A stretch of DNA of 64,000 bases from Camelus dromedarius (lineage: Eukaryota), in the NCBI RefSeq assembly GCF_036321535.1, contig NC_087442.1:29512001-29576000 (forward strand), in the 5' to 3' direction. A program made the position numbers and the translations under genes. Position 1 is the stretch's first letter. Each line of letters opens with the position of its first letter. The notes under the pieces were generated by a model that was not told where the DNA came from, did not search any database, and saw only the letters and a list, made by a program, of their open reading frames with translations. This document shows, piece after piece, positions 49,958 through 62,599 of the stretch.

Positions 49958-51186
49958 TAGTGATTATTTTAAAAGTCTACAATCTGAGATATCACAAAAG
50001 TGATACTGGAAGCCCAATCTATATAACAAAGGGACTTGAGTTAAAAAAAAAAAAAGGTATAGGATACTTTTTGTCATTTAAAATAAACATAGCTTTATCA
50101 AGCTGAGGAAAAAAAGGTATATGTTTAGAAATTTTATTATTTACTTTTTATTATTTAATATTAACTATTATTAAATAGTGGAACATATTTACAAAGTTGG
50201 CTTAGTTTTTCAGTCATTAAAATGGTAATATATAGGTTTTAAAATAAAACAAAATAGAAGGAGCTTTCTGGTCTTCAATCCCTTACACACACAGAGCAAT
50301 TGAGAGTTATAATTATCTTGTTTTATCTTGTAAAGACACTTCCCTGAGGTAGGCATTATTGTACTTCCTGCTTTACACATTGAGAACTAAGGTTCAAGAA
50401 CGGACTTGGTTCTGAAGCAAATCAATTCTATTTGATACAAAATCTATTTACTGTCCACTATTATGTGATAAATACAATGCTAGTTTCTGAGAATATAAAG
50501 ATGAGTAAGTGTTTCTTCCTCTTGATGTAATGTCAAAATGAAAACATTTCTAAACTGAAAAACTATGACTCCCAATGTGTCATATCAGGACGTCCCTTGT
50601 CTCTTTGCTCTGCAATTCTGGCTACTTATGATGCATATTTCTACCCAGACTCAGGCCTGGGAACCCATGTCTAAGCTGGTTATAGAACAGAGCAGATGGA
50701 GGTGTAAGGGGTAGGATATGAACAACAGCATTACAATAGGAGGGGTCCCACAAGTTTTCATACCTCCAGGTGGCCACAATGTTGAGTCTGGGAAAGTCGG
50801 CTAAGACAGTGAGGTGGGATGGTAGCAGGACTCAACCAGGCCATGGTCCAAGGAGGCTAGCAGCAGACTATCAGTGAGGTGGTGGTGGTGGTGATGTGGT
50901 GACACTTACGCTTTACCCAGAGGATATGAGTCCCTCAGCTTAGGAAATGGGCCGAAGAATCTTAACAGAAAGCTTCAAACTAAGTCATAGGAGGTTAATA
51001 GACATTTGGGGAAAAAAGTTCCCAGAAAAAAGTTCATCTGAGAAAAGCTGAGTGAACCAAAATTAAACTAGTTTCTTCATTGGCTATTTGGGGTACTGGG
51101 AAACCACAGGTGCTGTCTATGTGCCCTGGAATATGTTTTTGTTTCCCCTACAGAATGCATATTAAAGTGTGCAGCACAGGGAAATA

Positions 51187-51403
51187 CAGTTGACCCCTGA
51201 ATAATGTGGGAGTGAGGGGCACTGAACCCCATGCAATTGAAAATTCATGTACAACTTCAGTAGGCCCTCTTTCTTATCTGAGGTTCTGCATTCATGGATT
51301 TAGCCAACCACGAGTCATATAATACTCTAGTATGTATTTATTGAAAAAAATCCATATGTAAGTGGACGTGCAGTTCAAACCTGTGTTGTTCAAGGGTCAC
51401 TTG
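51187..51403. mobile_element. Tigger1-derived MITE (217 bp) with TIRs and TA TSD
   Basis: TA|cagttgacccctgaataa ... ttgttcaagggtcacttg|TA. Confidence 0.85.
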
Positions 51404-52164
51404 TACTAATTTACAAGCACCAGCAATAAGAATAGGCCTTGACATTGGGCCAAATGACCTCTAAGAAAAGAGCCCTTTATTTCCACCCCGTCTAGAGACA
51501 GAACTGGCCTCAACAGTGGTTGTGAATGGGTTTGGGCCTATAATTGCACGTACACTAGTCAGAAGTGGAAGGAAGACAAACTCTGGCTGGCTCTGGGCAG
51601 CAGGAAGACTGAGTTAGCTCAGAACTCTTCTCCCTTCTAGATCCTTCTGGTGCCCAGACACTGACACAGGTCTCTAACTGAGCTCCCAACTTTTGTTCTT
51701 GTGCTCACAGTGTCGTAGCCCGAGCCCCTGTTCCTTGCTTAAGCTGATCTTCCTGCTCCATTTTTCTTGTTTTAGCCAATTTTCCAAATTGGACTTCTGA
51801 AGTCTCTCCATTACCATGTACATTAGTGTGCTCCAGAATAAGATGAACCCCCCCCCCCCCGGGCAGTGTCAGGCAGCCCTTGTTCCAGCATTAAATACTG
51901 TGCTTCTCTAGTTTTCATAAAACATGCTCATGCATTAAAAGGCATATAATAAGATAATTAGGGAAAATATAGGGTTTCCTTAAACAGAATTGATTTTTAG
52001 ATTATTTGAGAGAGTTTAGAGCTATTTTACTTAAAGAATTGAATAAACAGTTTCATACCATATGACAGAAAATTTCTCTATTATGAAAGGTATTTTGGTA
52101 TACATTAAATGAAAGTTAACATGAAAAGCTCTGTAATTTAGTGGAAAGAAGACCAAATTTGGGA

Positions 52165-52370
52165 TAAAGAAACTTGAGTCTGAGCCCTTGTTATGCTGCT
52201 TGCTCCCTAGGTGACCCAAGATAAATTACCTAATCTTTCTAAACCCCTATTTACTCATCTATAAATGGGGATAAACATCACTGACCTTACAACCTCATAA
52301 GTCCACATGAGTCTCAAATGAAACAACGTATGTTGAAGTACTGTGTTAACTAAAATTCCACACAAATGTG
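52165..52370 (+). mobile_element. MIR relic (approximate)
   Basis: gagtctgagcccttg...aggtgacccaagataaattacc...ctcatctataaatggggataa. Confidence 0.6.
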
Positions 52371-54622
52371 AGCTGTTGTTGACATGAACACTGAGTCCTA
52401 ATGTGTACTCCCCAAGAGATGTCTACTTCTGATGACCACTGCCTACAACTGGTGCCTAAGCCTTCATCATAAACCACCTCTCATATTGATAAGGTTCTGA
52501 TTTGTCTTGAGGAGTGACTGATCCTTGGTCTCAGTTACGTATTTTTGATCCAAACTTGGCTGACCCTCTTGGCCATGGTGTAGTCACTGGGCCAATTGCT
52601 GACTGAGGCAATTCTCAACTAAGGCTGGAAACTATCACAACCTCTCTTTAGCCAAGGAATTCTTGTATGCAGGGCTGCCTGAGGAGCACGAACTCTTCCT
52701 GGCAATAACAAGCAAATCTCACTCTAAACACGATTCTTTCCACAGTGCTTTCACTGATGGAACACAAACATACTTCATATTTATGTTCTGAATGCTAATT
52801 GAACAAACACAACATGAAATAAAATGACCTCCTTTCTTTTAATAAAAGCAATCCACTACTTGTCCAGAAGAGACAAAGAACTTCTCTTTTCTTTTCTTTT
52901 GCTTTACATTCCTTTGTTTCTGCTCTGAGAGGCAGAGGTTTTAATGTGATCAACTTTAGAAACTGGTAAAGGGTTAAACTGCAGTCACGCAAAGATTCTC
53001 CTACACCTTAGATTTCTTCTTACACGTAAGTAAAGTGGAATTCGGAGACGATTAAATTATGACACCAAAACAGTCCCCCTAAACTGCTCCCTTTCCCCCA
53101 GATTGCCACTCTGTGACATGACAGGTGCTGTACGCTTACACTTGTTAGAGAAAACAGTCATTCTGTGTACAGGCAAGAAAAGAAAGTGTCTTGTGTTTGT
53201 TTCCAGAGACCTCTTGGGCCAGGTTGGGAATAGTATGGAAAGGCTCAGGATGGTGTCAAATCATGTTTTTCTTGGTCCAACGGTTTCACAGGACATTGAA
53301 TAATGGGTATTTAATTTACAGAAAAAGGAGTTTTCTCCTTCATATAAGACTGCTTGGAAGGATAAAGAACCATTTATCTAATCCTTTGATGATAGATAGA
53401 GGAACAAAAAATGGGATTTCTCTGGGTGTAAAAATATTTGCAAATAAACCATTGTTTTCATCAAGAAAAACCAAATGGAATCTTTCAAATGGCAAACACA
53501 GTAATTGTTGAAAGTAAAAGGTCACACTAGATTAGTTTTACTGAAAAAAAAGAAGCGATAAAAGCTTTCTCCTTTTCTAAAACTAATTAAAGAAGCAGAT
53601 GAAAGAACTTTGCTATGGTAAACATGCTGTTCATTGAAACAGGCTTCCATTTAATTTCATGCTGGGCTTGCTTAATTATTGTACAAAACACAATTGCGAG
53701 GTTAGTAAACTTGTATGTGCGTGAACGTGTGCATGGGTTTGGCTGTAGATAAAATCTTGTTTTGAAAAAGCAGAAAATTTTTAGTAGAAATGTATTCTTA
53801 CTTAGATGGAGACGATCTATGGGAATTGATATTACATCTAAACAGGGACTATCCTATTACTTGATGTTTGTTCATATTGTCATGCAGGCTGTCTTTCGGG
53901 GGAAAATTCTGCATGTCTAACACAACATGTTGAAGGAAAAATATTTTGCTGTTTCTAGTGACTGGAGCTATAGATAATTAAAGTTTTGACCATTTTGCCT
54001 CTTTTATTACTATTTGAAGTAAAAATGACTGAAGCAACATAAAAGAGCTGAATTTTAGCCTTTGTTCTGCCACAATTTCATCACGTTAACTTCTCTGGGC
54101 TTTAGTAGTCTTTGCAACAGGTTGGGTGAGAAAAGATGATCTATTATTGTCCAATTAAATTATATTTAGATGCTAATATATTCCTGAGGTAAAGGAAATC
54201 CAGCTCCATTTATAAAACAGCTTAGAGATGACCACACCCAGATATAAAATTCCAAGTATTGGAAGGAAGTACGGAACTACAATTGATGCATTTACATTTA
54301 AGACTCTTCCCTTTTACCTTATAATGAGCATCCAGGGAAATACAAAACACTGGCAGAATAATGCATCACAGGCAGCTTATTTAATGGATTTGTGTCCCAC
54401 ATTTACTACTTTTTAATATATACACAAGAAAGAGTTTTTAAATACTTCGTTAAAAAGCAGTCCATGATTATACATACGTTTTAGTCTTACGTCAATAAGA
54501 TTTGTTTTTCAGAGCTTAGATATTTGCTGATGTAGTATAAGATAATGACCAAGTACAACAATTCTATTCACATAGCTATGAATTCAATTAAGTGCAAGTT
54601 GGTGATTTAAGAGAGCATTTTA

Positions 54623-54925
<303 letters not shown>

Positions 54926-55199
54926 TCACTGATTCAGACAATCAATTGAAAGTAAATAATTTTTGAAGAAATCTCCATTTAATTTCCTAATGTTGAAGAA
55001 CAAATTTCTGGAAACATGACAGATGTAAGATTATCTAAACAATGCAGCTCTTCGAAGGAGCTACAGAGCTTCACTTGCTAGGAATAAGCTATGCTGATCT
55101 ATCTGAAGCTGTCTCTCTTCATCACTTTATTTTCCTTAAGAAGACAGGACAGTCACCTAGAGGGTGACTATTTATGAAATTGCTATGGAAGGGTGGGAG

Positions 55200-55660
55200 C
55201 TAGATTTTGTGTAGTTAGAAGTCCTTATTCACATCCTAGCTTTAAACTAACCTGTGAGAATCAGGGCAAAGACCTTACTTGGGCACTCAGTTTCTTTATT
55301 TAGGAATTAAGATTAAAATGCTATTCACAAGGTGGAATACTGCATGGTAAAGTGCTTTGTCCACTGCCAAGCACCATACGCTTCACATTATAATTAACTA
55401 CATAGTTAAGTCATCTTATTAGTCTGTTTTAAGCTGTCAATTACTGAGTGCCAGGTTTGTGCAAAATACTTTACAAGGTTGGTCTCATTTAATTCTCACA
55501 ATAATCCTATGAGGTAGATGCTATGATTACACACATATTAGAGATGAAGAATCTGAGATTTTCGAGCTGATGTCATCAGACCAGGTCACACAGCTCTGAG
55601 TGGCAAAGTAGGGAAAATAAATCCAAGGCCACTGGCTCCAAAAATCGTCTAACTCCCACA
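55200..55660. mobile_element. Two MIR relics in opposite orientation (approximate)
   Basis: Forward MIR core ~55200-55390; reverse MIR ctcacaataatcctatgaggtag...gaatctgag...aggtcacacagct ~55430-55660. Confidence 0.55.
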
Positions 55661-57816
55661 CTGTGTGGTTTCTTGCTCACTCTGTATTCTATATTAGTGA
55701 ATCTTTTCCTATGCTCTCTATTTTACAAAGCCTCTGCTATTATTATTTTATGGCCTTTGATCTGTCATTTCAAATCTTCCCCTTTGTAATTCTGATTTAT
55801 AGAAGCTTGGAAAATGTGGTTTCCTCTTGATTGTGCTTAGACTAAACCAGCAACACAAAGTGGCACATTTAAGGTTAAACGGTTGCATTTTTTCCCCTCA
55901 AGGAAAAGACAAACAAGCAACAACATCCCTTTGATTTCCTCTCCTTTGACAAGCAGAGTTGGAGATAAAACAATTACTTATGTCCACAACAGAAAAAGGA
56001 CTCAAGACATACATAAAAAGCCACAAACAAAACTGGATATTTGATATTTTTAAATACATAATTTAAAAAATTATCCTACATTTAAAAATGTGCACTATAA
56101 TCAGGTAAAGAAAACTGATACATAGATATAATATGAATAAAATTTATTTAGTTTTGTATCAAATTTATATTATAATGCTAAAAGCTATTTATTCCTATCA
56201 TCTTGAAAAATGGAAATGAACAATTTTATTGCCATTAAAATAATTCTCTACGTAACAAGAAATTTGAAAACTATACAATAAATTGCTGGCTTCTAGGACA
56301 TAATGCGTATTAACAAATTAATATGCAATTTGTTTAAGAAGATGATTTGTATTTTTATTTTAAAAGATTTGAGTTTGTTGGATTTAAAAATTATTGTGGC
56401 GGATCGATATTTCTAAATTAGACCTGACCAAGAGTTTTTATCTTTTAAATAATGATTCAATTCAATCATGATCAGCTTCAAATTCTATAAAAAGCAGAGA
56501 ACCTGGAAGGAACACACATCTCTTTATGAGGTAATTTTCACAAACAATAGTCAAACAGACCCACTGAATTTTTCACTCTTATCCAATTCAAATAGTTTTA
56601 CTGTACTAATATGTTTGCAGCTAAAATAATAGAAGTTTACATTTCCGTGTATAAACGGACACGATTTTAATCTTCTACCATTGTTTGAATCTTTCTTGGC
56701 ATATTGGACTCATGTCTCACAACTAGGAGGTTTTTAATAACAATTTGATTACAAATGAATGAATAAAGCCATGTGTCCTCATAATGCTGGTGAGGGAGAA
56801 GGAAGAAAACTTAGCCATTGTTTTAGTAACACAAGCTTGGTGTGAATTAGATAAACTATAATTTCTCAGAGTTCTACTTTAAAAAGTCACATGCCAACAC
56901 CAAAGAGGGCTATTGTTATTCTAATAGGTTAATGAAAAATTGTTATGCCTGCTTGTGGAGAACTGATGTCCTTTAAATTAATAGCAGTGGTATTCTAACT
57001 TTGTTTGCGGCTGTGTGTGGGGATTGGTTTCAAAGCTCTCTACTTCATACAGTGGCTCTCTGGAGTACAATCTCTCAGGAGTATCATAAAAATCTAATAA
57101 TACTCTTTAGAGGTGATGCAATGTGGCTGGTTGAGAAGGTCAAGAAAAATCTTATTTGAGATGACCTTATTGTTTGGTGATTTGGCTTGACATTTTTAGC
57201 TCCAAATTGGTTTTTGTAATTAAAGCACACTGCAGCCTTAGCCTTCAAGAAATATTGGATGGGAATCTAAAAGGAAGTGCTGTAATTCAATCTATTACCT
57301 TCCCAATCAAGACCTGGCTTGAGAAGAGGCACTTAGAACTTCCATTCTAAGTTGTGTGTACAAGTCCAACTAGATTATGGGTATTTCATATTAAAGAAAA
57401 ACAACAAAAATATGAAATCTGTGTAAATAACTCCAAAATTCCTGAGGTCTAAAGTAAAACTACCATTTTAATGTGATCTATATAAATTGTTAGAGTACAA
57501 AATAGGTCAATCGCTTTCAAGGAGGCATTCAGTTAAATTCTGACTGATCTTGCAAATGAAAGAAAAAAAGGTAGAGAAATACCAAACAACATACACACTC
57601 TAGGACATAAGTATTCTTCTTTCTCATTACTTGACAACATGCTAACAAAGGGACAGAAGAATGGTAAGAAAAGGGGGTGCATCAGAAAATATTGTGTGCC
57701 TGCCACTTAGGAAGTCAAGGGTGCTGCAGCAAGATTAGAGGCTCTTATTAGACATTTTATTAGAGCAAAAGGGTTGATATTCTGTGGTGCATTAAAAAGA
57801 GAGGATAGCAAAAGGC

Positions 57817-58070
57817 GATGGACTGAATGTGTTCTCCCTAATTTCATATGTTGGAACCCTAATGCCCAATGTGATGGTGTTTGAAGATGGGATCTTTGGG
57901 AGATAATTAGGTCATAAGAGTGAGGTTCTCATGATGGAATTAGTGTCCTTATAAGAAGAGACACAAGAGAGCTTGCTTCCTTTTTCTTTCTCCTCCTTGT
58001 GAGGATACAATGAGAAGACAGTGTGTGTGTGCGTTTTGTTTAATCATGTTAGCCTGAGACTAGATAATAT
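57817..58070 (+). mobile_element. MLT1A-type LTR, internally deleted (approximate)
   Basis: gatggactgaatgtgttctcc...tatgttggaaccctaatgcccaatgtgatgg...gtccttataagaagagacacaagagagcttgc. Confidence 0.75.
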
Positions 58071-58225
58071 TTGTTGTTGAACAAAAAGTAGTATTTGACT
58101 TACCCTGCAAGGAAGATAACTAGCAAACATTAAAGGCAAAACTGAAATGTCTCCAGTACCATGAAAGCTGGAGGTAGAGGCAGAGATACAGAACTCTAAG
58201 TGCAACTATCACTCAAAGTACTTAC

Positions 58226-58325
58226 CACGGTAAAGTTCCTTCCTGCTTCATGAACATTTATTACCATCCTCAGGACACTAACTGAATTCAGGTATTTTCC
58301 AACACCTGTTATTGTGCTCCCACCA
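58226..58325 (-). CDS. MET: MET exon 10 (IPT3), 100 nt short form
   Basis: cag|TGGTGG...GTG|gtaagt; [33 protein letters not shown]. Confidence 0.98.
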
Positions 58326-59102
58326 CTGGCAAAAATAAAAGAAAAAATAGCAATGTTGAGAGGTTCTTCCTTTATCAAGTATTTTAGGGGAGAAATTACA
58401 TTAAATCACACGTAGTGATTGCAAGTTACAGCTACAGTCAGTCAAATGGAAGTTCAGTGATAACTTTTCTTTAGAAACAACTTACTTAACTTAAAAATAT
58501 TTTTTAAAATTCATATTTCATAAGCTGAAGAAATGCATTTCTCTTTTTATTCACCAAATATGCAGAAAAACTATTTTTTCCCTGTCTGAAAAAAAATACA
58601 AAGAAAAATGAACTTAATTAATTATTGTTGCTAGACTGATAGAATTAACAGAAACAAGGCAGACTGAACTGGGTCCAATGAGATACTAACTCATTGGGAG
58701 TCTGGTACAGGGAAAAGCTGTGTGGAAAGTAGGCAGGGTGAAGAGAAGAACGGAGAGAAAAAGGTGATTTCACCTTTGGGCACTAAGGTCAGTATAGAAT
58801 TGAAATGTACATAATATAAGTGCATAAATACTACAGTGCCCAGTTAAACTGTTTTACTGAAATCTATTTAAAACATAATATAATAGGATAAAATATTTCT
58901 TGGCATAAACTAGCACTGATAAAGTCAAATCGTACTCAGAACCTGAATGTAGTTTTCACTCCTAAATTGGACAAGCAGCCTTCAAAAGAAAAAATGCAAC
59001 AGCATCAAAGCCAGAGATAAAACTGTCTTCCTCTTGAGTATTCAACAGCCAATCATCCTCATGTTCATTATCGTCTTATACCCATCAGAAGCTTTTACTT
59101 AC

Positions 59103-59264
59103 CTAATGAAAGATTTAGTGGGATGTATTTCGTAGACAACGGGGTCTTCCCGATAACTGAAGCTGTTTATCTCTCGGTTGGCTAAGTCAATTTTCAATTT
59201 AACAGGAAACTCAGTTGGAGTGGTTTGGGCTGGGGTATAACATTCGAGAATACTATCTGACACA
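59103..59264 (-). CDS. MET: MET exon 9 (IPT2/3), 162 nt
   Basis: cag|TGTGTC...ATTAG|gtaagt; [54 protein letters not shown]. Confidence 0.98.
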
Positions 59265-59948
59265 CTGAACAAAAAAAATTAAGAAAATGTACCTTAGCTC
59301 TTAGAGATACACATATTTTAGAATTATATCCGTAAATCAAAAGGATATCACTCAATGGCTCCTAAATGGGAATTTCCTGATGTGGTCTAGAAAAAAACTC
59401 TTTCTAATGTAGATTGTTTACATTTGACTGGATCCTAAACTTAGCTTTGTTGTGGACAAGCCATCCTTGACTTCAAAGTATTTGGGATTTTAAGCAATTT
59501 TTAAAGTATTCTTTTGGTACTTGGTTAAATTGAGCTCTCCCAACTCTAAGAAGAAGAAACATAATTTCCCTCCTAACCCAATATCCTTCATGTTTCTTAC
59601 CTCCCCAAAGTGATTTGGTTTAATTGTAAATCTTGATGGAAATGTTTGTTTTAATTTATTGTCAATTACCAGAATCTCACAGCTCATAGCATAGCTGAGA
59701 TCCAAAGTATAACAAAGAAGGTGAATGGAAAGACAAAACTTAAAAGTGGAATTAGTAAATAATAAGGGAAAGGCATAAAAAATCAGCAAAAGGGATAGAT
59801 GGATTTGGAAAGGGGGAAGTATTGTAAGCAGAAGAATAATAACAAACATCTTGATTTTTCCCCACAAAAGAATAATCTTTTTCTTGATTTGCTAGGTACA
59901 GATATTAATCTGACTTGATTGATACAACAATAAATAAATTTACAATAC

Positions 59949-60085
59949 CTTTTCAAAGTACATGTTTTTCCACCAATTGAAATGTGTCTAGAATTCCCAC
60001 TGTTTAGGTGCTTTCCAGTTAAAGTAAGTAAAGTGCCACCAGTTTTAGGACCGTAACTTGGAGAAATACTTGTTATTATAGGATC
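59949..60085 (-). CDS. MET: MET exon 8 (IPT2), 137 nt
   Basis: cag|GATCCT...AAAAG|gtattg; [45 protein letters not shown] (also in ORF track 59783-60106). Confidence 0.98.
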
Positions 60086-60196
60086 CTGAACAAGAGATAA
60101 AAACAAAACAAACTAACTTGTTAATTTTATAACTCTAAGTAGATTAAGTAATAATTAAATATCCTAGCTCATGAGAAAAGTAATGTCTATACTTAC

Positions 60197-60299
60197 CACA
60201 TAGGAAAAGGTACTATATTGTGCTGTCCCTCGATTGTTTGAAATAATTATGGACACATTGAAATGCTCATTCATTGCAGGACCAACTGTGCATTTCAAC
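60197..60299 (-). CDS. MET: MET exon 7 (IPT1), 103 nt
   Basis: cag|GTTG...GTG|gtaagt; [34 protein letters not shown]. Confidence 0.98.
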
Positions 60300-60851
60300 C
60301 TGAAAAAACAAAATTTAATATGTTACAAATCCAAAGGCATTTTCTGCTTGGGCTATTTTATATGAAGGGCCATTATCTCTACATAGTGAGCTGACTACTC
60401 TAAATAGCAAGCATAATTACAAGGTAAGCATTAGTATCTAAAACTGTGTAATTTTATTTCTGTACTTTTATAGTAAACTGTATATTGACTGTTTGCATTA
60501 TTTATACAGACAAATTAGGAAATGTTAAAACTCATAGATGCAGACCTCACCGATTGAAAAGTTCATAATAATCTAAGTCTAATCTTATATAATTGTAGGC
60601 ATAATGTTTGGCATACTTAAGATAAAGAAATGGTATTTCAACAGCATATGAAACAATGGGCTAATTATAAATAAGCAAAATCTCTTCTTTAAAGTATGTG
60701 AAAAAGTGCATTTTTGTGGTTACACATGTTTATTGAAATTACTTAAAAATAATGACATTGTGATAGGCTTTCCATAGAATTATTTTTGAATTAATAATCT
60801 TATTATAATCCTTAAAAGTATAAATATAATTTGTTTTATTAAATATCTTTT

Positions 60852-60982
60852 CTTTTTGGGGGGACAGGATGTAGGGGGAGGTAAATAGATTTATTTATTT
60901 TTGGAGAGGTACTGGGGATTGAATGCAGGACCTTGTGCATGCTAAGCATGTGCTCTATCACTTGAGCTATACCCTCCCCCCT
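60852..60982 (-). mobile_element. Young camelid-type tRNA SINE with 13-bp TSD (intron 6, sense to MET)
   Basis: Same family as 3015-3152; TSD ttaaatatctttt at 60839-60851 and 60983-60995. Confidence 0.9.
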
Positions 60983-61595
60983 TTAAATATCTTTTTAAAG
61001 AAGAAAATGAATTGTGTTTTACTTTTATAGGTTCTAATTTATAATGCAATGAGCAAGAACTTATAAGGGTGATCTCTAAAATGAATCTGTTTTGCCATTA
61101 AGCTAAAGAAGTATGAGATTAACTGACATTTTGGTCTCAGTAAAATGGGTAGATTTAGAACTTTATATAACCCTGAAAGGAATTCAACTAGGTATAAAAT
61201 AACCACTTGATAGAATAGGTTCAATCATAAAACTCTAAATGTTCGATTGTTGTTTCTATATGATAATGGCAAATTTCTGGATTCTCTGTTCACTATGGAA
61301 TTCAGATCATACAGAAGGTACATGTAGAATATAGTAGAACAGGCATAGGTCTTAAATCAGTAGAGCTGAGTCTGAAGGCCTGTTCGGCTCTTACTCTCTG
61401 GATTACCTCTGCTAATCTACACTCCACCTTTCTGAACTTCAGTTACTATCTCTGTAAAATAGGAATAACATTGTTATCTCCCAGGAATCGGGAATGGCTA
61501 AATGAGCTACACTCCTTACGTTACAGTGCCAATAAATATCAGCTAAATATAAATTTAAACTCGTCAAAAACAAGGAGTCTCAAAAATGTGATTCA

Positions 61596-61991
61596 CGAGA
61601 ATGTCATTCTAAGTGAAGTAAGCCAGAAAGGGAAAGAAAAATACCATATGAGATCGCTCATATGTGGAATCTAAAAAAAAAAAAAAACATAAATACAAAA
61701 CAGAAACAGACTCATAGACATAGAATACAAACTTGTGGTTGCCAAGGGGGAGGAGGGTGGGAAGGGACTGGGAGTTCAAAATCTGTAGATACTGATAGGC
61801 ATATGCAGAATAGATAAGCAAGATTATACTGTATAGCACAGGGAAATATATACAAGATCTTGTCGTAGCTCACAGAGAAAAAACAATGTGACAATGAATA
61901 TATGTATGTTCAAGTATAACTGAAAAATTGTGCTCTATACTGGAATTTGACTATAAATTGTAAAATGACTATAACTCAATAAAAATGTTAA
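61596..61991 (+). mobile_element. Young camelid-type L1 3' end (~396 bp) with 14-bp TSD, antisense to MET
   Basis: cattctaagtgaagtaagccag...cagaaacagactcatagacatag...gactataactcaataaaaa; TSD aaaaatgtgattca at 61582-61595 and 61992-62005. Confidence 0.9.
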
Positions 61992-62438
61992 AAAAATGTG
62001 ATTCAACTGCTTCTCTACATTTCTGAGGTTTAGAAAGTGAATTTAGAAGAGAGGGTCTATATTGAGCTTTTCTGATTTTTATAGAAAAAGCTGTTGGAGA
62101 TTTCCTTTATTGGAACACTTAAAGGTGGAACCACCCCAACCAGTGCTGCTCTTTCAAATCTAGCCAGACAATTTCTCAAGAGTTGTTACAAAAATGATTG
62201 AAAAACTTCCATATGCTGAATTCTTTTCTTCACCTAAGTAATGTCACCTTTCCCCCTCCTTAATTCTGGTGAGTAAGTAGGGTTAAAAACAAAAGAAAAC
62301 AAATCCACAAGGAGAGTAATGGACCAAGACCCTTTCTAATTCAAGAGATGGATTTTCAGGGCGAATTTTACAAGTATTCATTCAAAAACAAAACCTGTTT
62401 TCCAACCACAGCCTGGCAAAGCATCCTAAGATCCTTAC

Positions 62439-62599
62439 GTATTTGTCGTGCTCTCACTTAAGGTCAAGGTGCAACTCTCGTTCCCAAGGAAAACTTTGGT
62501 TTTCTTTAAGTCAGATTTATTATTCCTCCTGAATCCGAAGTCCCAGCCACATATGGTCAGCGTCGTCCCTCCTTCAAGGGGGGCACTAGTTGGGAAAAC
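62439..62599 (-). CDS. MET: MET exon 6 (IPT1/Ig1), 161 nt
   Basis: tag|GTTTTC...AATAC|gtaagg; [54 protein letters not shown], recognisable as MET IPT1; length equals human exon 6. Confidence 0.98.

Noticed and set aside
50763-50777. CTCF-like CCTCCAGGTGGCCAC in intron 11
   Set aside because: Only 12/15 with mismatches clustered at the 3' end; too weak to call without a PWM scan.
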